From: an uncultured Gammaproteobacteria bacterium
Lineage (GTDB): Bacteria > Pseudomonadota > Gammaproteobacteria > Steroidobacterales > Steroidobacteraceae
Direction of reading: 5' to 3'
Assembly (NCBI GenBank): GCA_963812195.1
Contig: CAWEUI010000008.1
Location: 70,622 to 134,621, forward strand
Length of the DNA: 64,000 nt
Position numbers and translations under genes: made by a program. Shown here piece after piece: positions 20,791-30,904 of the stretch. Under the pieces are notes generated by a model. That model had not been told where the DNA came from and ran no database searches. It saw only the letters and a program-made list of their open reading frames with translations. How positions within the stretch are numbered: the first letter of the stretch is position 1; every line of letters begins with the position of its first letter.

Positions 20791-22050
20791 GTACTTCGGA
20801 TTCGCTGTTCGAGCGCGCAAGGAAGGTTTCTCCCGGCGGCGTGCATTCACCGGTTCGCGCCTTCAAGGGCGTGGGCGGCACGCCGCGCTTCATGACCGGC
20901 GGCGCCGGCGCGATGATCCGCGACGTCGACGGCCGGGAACTGCTCGACTTCTGCATGGCCTTCGGGCCGCTGATCCTGGGCCACGGCAACAAGGCCGTGC
21001 GCGATGCGGCGGTGGCCGCCATCGATCGTGGCTGGAGCCTGGGCACCGCCGAGCCCTACTCGCTGGCGCTGGCCGAGTTCATCACGGCCCGCATCCCCTG
21101 GGTGCAGAGCATCCGCTTCGTGAACTCGGGCACCGAGGCGGTGATGTCCGCGTTGCGCGTGGCCCGCGGCGCCACCGGGCGCGACGTGATCCTCAAATTC
21201 GACGGCTGCTACCACGGCCATGCGGATGCGATGCTGATCCGCTCCGGCTCGGGCCTGGCCGAAGCCAGCGAGCCGGACAGCGCCGGCCTGAACAAGGGCG
21301 TGCTGGGCGGAACGCTGGTGGCGCCGTTGAATGACGATGCGGCGCTGGAAGCCATGTTCGCGCAGCACGGTGGGCAAATCGCCGCTGCCATCATCGAACC
21401 GGTGCCGGCCAACTATGGCCTGCTGCCGCAGCGACCCGAATTCCTGCGCACGCTCGCCGCACTGTGCCGCAAGCACGGGGCGCTGCTGATACTGGATGAA
21501 GTCATCAGCGGCTTCCGCCTCGGCTTCACCGGCGCCGCCGGACTGTATGGCATCGAGCCGGACCTGGTCACTTACGGCAAGGTGATCGGCGGCGGCTTTC
21601 CGGTCGGCGCCTATGGCGGCAGCCGGCGCTACATGGAGCTGGTGGCGCCGGTCGGTCCGGTCTACCAGGCCGGCACGCTGAGCGCGAATCCGGTGGCGAT
21701 GGCCGCGGGCCTGGCCACGCTTGCGCAGCTGGCCGACGGCTCGGTGTACGCGCAGCTGGAATCACTGGGCGCGCAGCTGCGAGCAGCAGCTCAATGCCAT
21801 TCCCGGATTGACCGTGCAGCGGATGGGCTCCCTGTTCTGGCCGTACCTGGCCGCCAACGCCGCGCCGCTGGCCAGCCTTGCCGACATGAAGGCCCGGCCA
21901 GCCCGGCCTTTCGGACCGGTTTTCCACAAGCTGCTCGACGCGGGCATCTATCTGGCGCCCAGCGCCTTCGAGGTGGGATTCCTCTCGGCGGCACACACCA
22001 GCGCACACGTTGAGTTGCTGGCACGGGAGCTGCGCGCGGCGCTGGGCTGA
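20787..22050 (+). pseudogene. hemL: glutamate-1-semialdehyde 2,1-aminomutase; one frameshift at about 21780
   Basis: ATG 20787 overlaps the hemB stop (ATGA). The product starts [26 protein letters not shown] and carries DEVISGFR and [16 protein letters not shown]. The C-terminus continues in ORF 21721-22050 ([20 protein letters not shown]). Confidence 0.9.
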
Positions 22051-22103
22051 GGCGCGCCGGATCATTCAACCCGCCGCGTCGGGCGGGTGCAGACGGGGGA
22101 TGC

Positions 22104-23560
22104 ATGCCAGGGGACAACATTCACATCCGACATCGCGATCGGCTGTTCATCGACGGCGAATGGGTCGCCGGCAGTGGCGCCGGCATTGCGCTGGTGGATC
22201 CGGCCACGGAGGAAACCTTCACTTCGGTCGCCGAGGCGCGCGAGGCCGACATGGATCGCGCGGTGGCTGCCGCGCGCAAGGCTTTCGACACCGGGCCCTG
22301 GCCGCGCATGAGTCACACCGAGCGCGGCGCGATGGTGGCGGCGCTGGCGAAGAAGCTGGAAGCCAGGCATGCCGAACTGGCCGCAGCATGGACACGACAG
22401 ATGGGCGGTCTGGCCAGCTTTGCGCCGAACGTCATCGGCGGCGGCACGTTCCAGTTGAGCTACTTCGCCGGACTGGCGACGAGTTATCCCTTCCAGACGC
22501 AGCAACCGGCCTCGATGGGACCGGGCAAGGCCATCATCGTGCGCGAGCCCGTTGGCGTTGTGGCGGCCATTACGCCATGGAATGCGCCCTACGCCATCAT
22601 GACGCAGAAGATCGCACCGGCCCTGGTTGCCGGCTGCACGGTGATGATGAAGCCCGCGCCGGAGACACCGCTGGAGGCATACATCATCGCCGAATGCGCC
22701 GCAGAGGCCGGATTTCCGCCCGGCGTGCTGAACCTGGTCCCCGCCCAACGCGAGGCTTCCGATCATCTGGTGTGCAATCCCGGCGTCGACAAGGTGGCAT
22801 TTACCGGCAGCACCGCGGCGGGCCGGCGCATTGCCAGCGTGTGTGGCGAGCGCATCGCGCGGGTCACGCTGGAACTGGGGGGCAAGTCCGCGGCGCTGGT
22901 GCTGGATGACTTCCCGATCGAACAGGCTGCCGGCATCCTGACGGGCACGATCTGCACGATGACCGGCCAGGTGTGCGCCACGCTCAGCCGCGTCATCGTT
23001 TCCCGGCACCGCCACGATGCGCTGGCCGAGGCCATCGTCGCGGCCATGGCCGCCATCAAGGTGGGCGATCCGAACGATCCCGCCTCGCAGATGGGGCCGC
23101 TGGCCATGCGGCGACAGCTCGAGCGCGTCAAGAGGCTATGTCGCGAAAGGCAGGGAACAGGGCGCGAAGCTTGCCTGCGGCGGGCGCCAGCCCGCGCATC
23201 TGACCAGGGGCTTCTACTTCGAACCCACGCTGTTCACCAGCGTGGACAACCAGCATGGTGATCGCGCAGGAGGAAATCTTCGGTCCGGTGATCAGCCTGA
23301 TTGCCTGCGAGGATGAGGCCGATGCGATCCGCATCGCCAATGATTCCATCTACGGGTTGAATGGCGCGGTGTTCACGCCGGATCCGGACAAGGCCTACCA
23401 GGTCGCGCGCGAGCTGCGCACCGGATGCATCGGGCAGAATGGTCTGCGCATGGACTTCATGGCGCCATACGGCGGCTTCAAGCAGTCGGGCATCGGCCGC
23501 GAAGGCGGGCCGGAGAATTTCCACGCCTTCACGGAAACGAAGACCATCCTTACCGACTAG
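22104..23560 (+). pseudogene. NAD(P)-dependent aldehyde dehydrogenase; two frameshifts (about 23132 and 23254)
   Basis: The pieces are 22104-23261, 23017-23316 and 23255-23560. Motifs are ITPWNAPY, VTLELGGKSA, the catalytic Cys context GQVCATLSR, and EEIFGPV. Confidence 0.9.
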
Positions 23561-24933
23561 CCGGCAGTGCCTGCCGCGCCAGACCGCGAACCGGCGCGGC
23601 CGGAAACCGCATCGTGAAGGCAGTGCCGCGCGGCGACAGCGCCTTCACGGAGATGAACCCACGATTTGCCTGAACCAGCTGGCGCGAAACGCTCAGACCC
23701 ACCCCGGTGCCACCGCGCTTGGTGGTAAAGAACGGCACGAAGATGTTCTCGACATTGGCCGGATCGATTCCCGGTCCGTTGTCCAGGACCTGCAGAAGCA
23801 CGCCTCCGCGCTCGTCCCGGGCACCCCGCAACCGGATATGGGCTTCGCGCTGCCCGCCGAGCGCATCGGCGGCATTGCGCAGCAGGTTGATCAGTACCTG
23901 CTCGATCTGGCGCTGGTCCACATGCAGCAGCAACTCTCCGGCCGGACATTCCAGTTGCAGGACAATGCCCTTTTGCATGAGGTCCTCGGCCATCAGGACC
24001 TGTGCCCGCTGCAACAGGACCAGCGCATCGACATCCTGCATTGAAGGCACCGGCATGCTGCCGAAGCTGCGGTACGCCTTGACGAACTCCAGCAGGCCGC
24101 TGCTGCGCGAGTGCACGGCGTTCACGCTGCGCAGCAGGTCGTCCCTCTCGGCGCCGTCCGGCGCCGCGGACTCCGGTTGCGGGGAGGAAAGCGTCTCCTG
24201 GGCCAGCTTGCTCAGCGCAATGATCGGGGTAACGGAATTCATGATCTCGTGGGTCAACACACGGATCAGCTTCTGCCAGGATTCGATCTCGCGCTTTTCC
24301 AGCTCGTCACGAATGTTCTGGAATGAAACCAGCTTGTAGCGACGGCCGAGCAACGTGAAGGTGGTCGCATACATCACGATCTGCAACGGGTCATCGCCAC
24401 TATGCACGCGCAGCAGATCGCGTCCGCCGTCATCCAGATTCTCCAGCAGCTCCGGCAGGCGCGGATCGAAGCGGGCCAGCGACTTGACCCGGTGTACATG
24501 CGGCAGGCCGAACAGCGCCTGCGCGGGTTCATTCATCATCACGATCTGACCGTCTTCGTCGATGCTGACCAGCGCAATGCCCACGTGCTCGATGACAGCT
24601 TCCAGGTATTCGTGATTGGCGGCCTTCTGCAGGTTCAGGCGCTTGAATTCGCCGGTCAGGAGCCGGTACACGCGGTCCAGTTCGTCGGCAACACGACCCC
24701 GCTGCCGCGCCGGAATCGGCACCGAATAGTCCTGATGGGCGATGGAGTTCAGGAACGCCGCCAGCTCACGCTGGCTGCGTTCCACGTACCAGACCAGCTC
24801 GCCCGCCACGAGCACCGCCAGCGCCAGGGCCACCAGCGGCGTCACCAGCCAGGGTGCGTCGAGCCACCCCCATATCGCAACGAAGAGGCAGGCCGCCAGC
24901 AGCACCACGCGCAGGGCCACCTGCAGCCGGAAG

Positions 24934-24947
<14 letters not shown>
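23550..24947 (-). CDS. membrane sensor histidine kinase (two N-terminal TM helices, PAS-like region, HisKA, HATPase_c)
   Basis: A 465-aa protein with H-box LIRVLTHEIMNSVTPI, N-box LINLLRNAADAL and G-boxes DNGPGI and GGTGVGLS. It overlaps the stop of the upstream response-regulator gene by 14 nt. Confidence 0.9.
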
Positions 24948-26304
<1,357 letters not shown>

Positions 26305-26316
26305 GGCTCGGTACTT

Positions 26317-26358
26317 TGCGTTTCATATCGACACATGGACATGTTTCATATCGGAACA
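26317..26358. promoter_or_regulatory. two tandem dyad-like sites sharing GTTTCATATCG; candidate upstream activator sequence for the adjacent bEBP
   Basis: GTTTCATATCG occurs at 26320-26330 and again at 26343-26353, 23 bp apart. The second copy lies in the imperfect palindrome TGTTTC-ATATC-GGAACA (26342-26358). The sites sit about 90-125 bp upstream of the sigma-54-type motif. Confidence 0.45.
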
Positions 26359-26442
26359 CAGGCACCTCGGACACTGCAATCGCGTACTGGAATGTCCCTG
26401 CAAGTTGTTATTTTTATTGATCATTTACGATGAACCAGGAAT

Positions 26443-26458
26443 TGGCACGAAGTTTGGA
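26443..26458 (+). promoter_or_regulatory. candidate sigma-54 (-24/-12) promoter for the HlyD/ABC operon
   Basis: TGGCACGAAGTTTGGA compared with the consensus TGGCACG-N4-TTGCW. The GG is at 26444-26445, and there is one mismatch in the -12 element (GG instead of GC). It lies next to a divergently encoded sigma-54 activator. The predicted transcription start would fall only a few nt before ATG 26471, which is a concern. Confidence 0.5.
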
Positions 26459-26470
26459 CTATTGCAGGTC

Positions 26471-27763
26471 ATGCCAATGGATCGGGTCATCGAAAGGAAG
26501 CGGCGCTCACCACTGCAGTGGGCGCTGCTGGCGGCCGGGGCGCTGGTCGCGGTCGTGGTGCTGTGGCAGCTCTCCACCCGTGTGGCGAGCTCCAGGCTGC
26601 GGGTGGACACCACGCGCCTGACCGTGGGCACCGTGCAGCAGGGCGAGTTCCGCGAGTACTACCCGTTTGACGGTACGGTCGAGCCGGCCGAAACCGTCTA
26701 CCTGGACATCGAACAGGGCGGCCGGGTCGACCAGATCTTCGTCGAGGGCGGCCAGCTGGTGAAGAAGGGCCAGCTGATCCTGCGCTTCTCCAATGCCGAG
26801 GCGCAGCGCCAGTCGATCGAAACCGAGACCCGCCTGCTCGAAACCCTGGATACGCAGCGCAATACCGAGTTCAACCGCGCGCAGAGCAACATCCAGCTGC
26901 AGGAGACCCTGCTGGACCTGAATCACCAGATCCAGGACGCGCAGACGAAGTTCGACCGCTACAACGACCTGATGAAGGCACCCAACAGCCCGATCTCGCG
27001 CGAGGAGTTCGACAACCTGAGCCACCTGCTGCAGTACCTGAAGGATCGTCGGGTACTGCTGAAGGAACGCATCAAGCAGGAGGACCTGCTCAGCGAAAAC
27101 CAGATCGCGCAGGCCAAGAAGTCCATCACACGGCTCAACGAGAACCTGGAACTGCTCAACCGCATCGTGCAGGCACTGGACGTGCGCGCGCCGATCTCCG
27201 GCGAGCTGTCCACCATCGACGCCCAGATCGGCCAGAACATCAATCGCGGCCAGCGCATCGGCCAGATCGACGTGCCCGGCACGTTCAAGATCCGCGCCAA
27301 GATCGACCAGTTCTACATCAGCCGGGTGCAGGTGGGCACGCCCGGCCACGTGAACCTGGACGGCCGCGACTGGGACGTGAAGGTGAAGAAGATCTACCCG
27401 GAAGTGAAGCAGAACACCTTCGAGGCCGATGTGGTCTTCGATGGTGATACACCGGCCACCATCAAGCGCGGCCAGTCCGTCAACGTGGAGCTGATCTTCG
27501 GCTCTCCCACCGAAACCCTGTACGTGCCGAAGGGCGGCTTCTACCAGGAGACCGGCGGGCGCTGGGTCTATCTCGTCTCGGCCGACGGCAAGACCGCGCG
27601 ACGCGTCGACGTCAAGCTCGGCAGGCAGAATCCGCGCCAGGTCGAGGTCCTCGAGGGCCTGAAGAAGGGCGACCGGATCATCACCTCCGGCTACGACACT
27701 TACAACGAAGCCGACCAACTGAAATTCAGCGAAGCCATCCCAACCCAACAGGACAAGCCATGA
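26471..27763 (+). CDS. HlyD-family efflux transporter periplasmic adaptor
   Basis: ORF 26054-27763 trimmed to ATG 26471 (MPMDRVIERKRRSPLQWALLAAGALVAVVVLW). It has long coiled-coil heptads and DVRAPISGELSTIDAQIGQNI. Its stop overlaps the next start (ATGA). Confidence 0.88.
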   Translation: MPMDRVIERKRRSPLQWALLAAGALVAVVVLWQLSTRVASSRLRVDTTRLTVGTVQQGEFREYYPFDGTVEPAETVYLDIEQGGRVDQIFVEGGQLVKKGQLILRFSNAEAQRQSIETETRLLETLDTQRNTEFNRAQSNIQLQETLLDLNHQIQDAQTKFDRYNDLMKAPNSPISREEFDNLSHLLQYLKDRRVLLKERIKQEDLLSENQIAQAKKSITRLNENLELLNRIVQALDVRAPISGELSTIDAQIGQNINRGQRIGQIDVPGTFKIRAKIDQFYISRVQVGTPGHVNLDGRDWDVKVKKIYPEVKQNTFEADVVFDGDTPATIKRGQSVNVELIFGSPTETLYVPKGGFYQETGGRWVYLVSADGKTARRVDVKLGRQNPRQVEVLEGLKKGDRIITSGYDTYNEADQLKFSEAIPTQQDKP

Positions 27764-28443
27764 TCATCGAAACCGAGAATCTGAAGAAGGTGTACCTCAC
27801 GGACGTGGTGGAGACGACGGCGGTCGATGGCATCAACTTCACGCTCGATGAGGGCGAATTCGTTTCGGTGATGGGGCCGTCCGGCTGCGGCAAATCCACG
27901 TTGCTGCACCTGCTGGGCCTGATCGACAGCCCCTCGGACGGCGCCTACCGTTTCCTCGGCGAGGATGTCTCCAGCTATCCGGAAAGCCGCCGCGCGAAGA
28001 TCCGCAAGGCGCACATCGGCTTCGTGTTCCAGAGCTTCAACCTGATCGATGAGCTGACCGTCTACGAGAACGTGGAGTTGCCGCTGGTCTACGCCAATAC
28101 GCCCCACGGCGAACGCAGGGGGCGCGTCGAGGCCGTACTCGAGAAGATGGACATCGCCCACCGGCGCGACCATTTCCCGGCGCAGCTCTCCGGTGGCCAG
28201 CAGCAGCGCGTCGCGGTGGCACGCGCCTTGGTCAACAAGCCGAATCTGATCCTCGCCGACGAACCCACCGGCAACCTCGACTCCGAGCACGGCGACGAGG
28301 TCATGAAGTTGCTGCTCAACCTGAACGAGGAAGGCACGACCATCCTGATGGTCACGCACTCTCCCGCCAATGCCCAGTTCAGCAGCCGGATCGTGAATCT
28401 GCTCGACGGCAGGATCGTCTCGGACAAGACACAGGAGCGCTAG
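27760..28443 (+). CDS. ABC transporter ATP-binding protein (MacB/LolD-type)
   Basis: Walker A GPSGCGKST, signature LSGGQQQRVAVARAL, Walker B LILADEPTGNLD. Confidence 0.92.
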   Translation: MIIETENLKKVYLTDVVETTAVDGINFTLDEGEFVSVMGPSGCGKSTLLHLLGLIDSPSDGAYRFLGEDVSSYPESRRAKIRKAHIGFVFQSFNLIDELTVYENVELPLVYANTPHGERRGRVEAVLEKMDIAHRRDHFPAQLSGGQQQRVAVARALVNKPNLILADEPTGNLDSEHGDEVMKLLLNLNEEGTTILMVTHSPANAQFSSRIVNLLDGRIVSDKTQER

Positions 28444-28447
28444 GATC

Positions 28448-30892
28448 GTGCGCAACTACATCGTCGTGCTGCTTCGCAACCTGCGGCGCGAACGACTGTA
28501 TGCGGCGATCAACATTGCCGGGCTCTCGCTGGGCATCGCCTGCTGCCTGATCCTCGGCCTTTTCCTGACCAGTGAGCTCACTTACGACCAGCATTTCAAG
28601 GGCTATCAGAACATCTACCGCGTGGTCAACGAAGTCAGCTCCGGCGGCGCCACCGACAAGTTCGGGTACACCTCGCCGGCACTCGGCCCGATGATGGCCG
28701 AGGAATACCCCAACGCCATCAAGGCCTATGTTCGCTTCCGCAGCAATGCCAACGGCAGCGATGTCGCCGTGCGCCATGGTGACAAGCTGTTCTTCTGGAA
28801 GAACAGCTACTTCGTGGACCCCGACGTGTTCCAGGTGCTGTCGCACCGGATCATCTATGGCGATCCGAAGACCGCGCTTCAGGACGGCGGCAATATTGCG
28901 ATCAGCGAGACGGTGGCGAGGAAATACTTCGGCGATGCGAACCCGCTCGGCCAGATGCTGACCATGGACTCCGGCAACTCCAGCAAGATATCGCTGGTAT
29001 TTGCCGACCTGCCCGCCAACACGCACCTGAAGTACGACCTGCTGTTCTCCAACAACCTGCCGTTCCTGCGCACCTCCGACAGCCCGACGCAGCGGCGGCA
29101 GCAACTGCTCAACCTTACCGACTACACCTACCTGCAGATGGCTCCGTCGTTCAGGCCATCGGACTGGACGAAGATGAACGATGCCTTCACCGCCAAGTAC
29201 ATGAGCGACATCATGGCTTCTGTCCACGGTTCGTGGCGCAGCTGGCTGCAGCCGATCCGCGAGACACATCTGCAGACCGAGGTACGCGACGATCTGCCGG
29301 CCGGCAACCGCCTGTACCTGTACGGTTGTGCGGCGGTGGCATTGATCATCCTGATCATCGCCTGCATCAACTACATGAACCTGGCCACTGCGCGCGCCAC
29401 CCGCCGCGCCCGTTCCATCGGCATCCGCAAGATCCTCGGCGCCAGCCGCGGCATGCTGGCAGTGCAGTTCCTCGGCGAGGCCGTGATGTTCGCGCTGATC
29501 GGGCTGGTACTGGGTGCAGTGATCGTCGAGGTGGTGCTCAAATTCACGCCCATCAACGCGCTGATGGGCCAGCAGGTCAGTTTCGATCTGCTGCATCAAC
29601 CCCGGCTCGCGCTGTGGCTGCTGGGCCTGGCCGTGGCAATGGGACTGGTCGCCGGTGCCTACCCGGCCCTCTACCTCTCCTCATGGGCGCCGCTGACCGC
29701 GCTGACGGGCAAGCACCTGGCGGGCAAGGGCAACCTGCGCATGCGTGAGGCGCTGGTGCTGCTGCAGTTCACCATTTCGGCCGCGGCCATCGCCAGTACC
29801 CTGCTGATGATGGCGCAGATGCACTACATCGCCAACAAGCCGCTGGGCTTCCAGAAACACAATCGCATGGTGGTGAGCATGCGCGGGGCCTCGACCATCA
29901 ACAAGGCCGACTCGATCCGCAACGAGCTGCTGCGCGACAGCCACATCCATGGCGTCGCCATCGCCGGCGTCATGCCCGGCCGACCGATGTCGCTGATGCT
30001 GGCACAGATCGAAAAGGCCGACGGCAGCATTGCTCCATCGCAATTCAACAATATGCCGATAGGTCAGGACTTCGAAAAGGTGATGGGGCTGAAGATCCTG
30101 CAGGGCCGCGACCTGTCCTCACGCCTGCTGACCGACGTGGGATCGAACATGCTGGTCAACCAGGCCCTGGTGAAGAAGATGGGCTGGAGCAACCCGCTCG
30201 GCAAGCACATACAGCTCGGAGCAAACAGGGGCCGGGTGGTCGGTGTGGTGCAGGACTTCAACTTCAAGTCGCTGCGCACGCTCATCGAGCCGCTCATCAT
30301 GTATCCGCTGGACATGGACACGACCAAGACCAACGAGATCTATCGCTCGTTCCTGATGGACTACCTGGTGCTGGACGTCGCGCCCGACAACATCGGCTCG
30401 ACCCTGGCCTACGTGAAGAAGGTGATGGCCGATGCCGATCCGCGCCATCCGCTGGAGTACACGTTTCTCGACGCCGACCTGGATGCGCTGTACAAGTCCG
30501 AGACCGCGCTGACCCGGCTGATCGCCATCTTTGCCGCGGTCAGCATCTTCATCGCCTGCCTGGGCCTGTTCGGGTTGGCCGCCTTCACCACCGAGCAGCG
30601 CACCCGCGAGATCGGCACGCGCAAGGTGCTGGGCGCCACCAGCTGGCAGATCGTGCGTCTGCTGGCCAGGCCCATCATGGTGCTGGTGCTCATCGCCTCG
30701 GTACTGGCGGCCGTGGCCTCATACTTTGCCATCGATGAGTGGCTGACCAGCTTCGCGTACCGGGCCGGCATCAATCCGCTCATATTCGTGCTGGCGCTGA
30801 CGATTGCCGCCGTGGTCGCGTTCGTGACCGTGGCGCTGCAGTCCTGGAAGACCGCCAGCGCGGATCCGGTCGGCGCCCTGCGGCAGGTCTAG
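28448..30892 (+). CDS. large ABC transporter permease with two FtsX/MacB-type modules (814 aa), paralogue 1
   Basis: GTG start. The product starts MRNYIVVLLRNLRRERLYAAINIAGLSLGIACC. It has two extracytoplasmic domains, each followed by a 3-TM FtsX block (ARATRRARSIGIRKILGASRGML and EQRTREIGTRKVLGATSWQIV). Confidence 0.9.
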   Translation: MRNYIVVLLRNLRRERLYAAINIAGLSLGIACCLILGLFLTSELTYDQHFKGYQNIYRVVNEVSSGGATDKFGYTSPALGPMMAEEYPNAIKAYVRFRSNANGSDVAVRHGDKLFFWKNSYFVDPDVFQVLSHRIIYGDPKTALQDGGNIAISETVARKYFGDANPLGQMLTMDSGNSSKISLVFADLPANTHLKYDLLFSNNLPFLRTSDSPTQRRQQLLNLTDYTYLQMAPSFRPSDWTKMNDAFTAKYMSDIMASVHGSWRSWLQPIRETHLQTEVRDDLPAGNRLYLYGCAAVALIILIIACINYMNLATARATRRARSIGIRKILGASRGMLAVQFLGEAVMFALIGLVLGAVIVEVVLKFTPINALMGQQVSFDLLHQPRLALWLLGLAVAMGLVAGAYPALYLSSWAPLTALTGKHLAGKGNLRMREALVLLQFTISAAAIASTLLMMAQMHYIANKPLGFQKHNRMVVSMRGASTINKADSIRNELLRDSHIHGVAIAGVMPGRPMSLMLAQIEKADGSIAPSQFNNMPIGQDFEKVMGLKILQGRDLSSRLLTDVGSNMLVNQALVKKMGWSNPLGKHIQLGANRGRVVGVVQDFNFKSLRTLIEPLIMYPLDMDTTKTNEIYRSFLMDYLVLDVAPDNIGSTLAYVKKVMADADPRHPLEYTFLDADLDALYKSETALTRLIAIFAAVSIFIACLGLFGLAAFTTEQRTREIGTRKVLGATSWQIVRLLARPIMVLVLIASVLAAVASYFAIDEWLTSFAYRAGINPLIFVLALTIAAVVAFVTVALQSWKTASADPVGALRQV

Positions 30893-30904
30893 GAGGAATC
30901 AGCC

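Noticed and set aside
690-23254. Programmed ribosomal frameshifting as an explanation for the broken genes
   Set aside because: The breaks occur in about ten unrelated housekeeping genes. I saw no slippery heptamer or downstream structure, and both +1 and -1 directions occur. Indel error is far more parsimonious.
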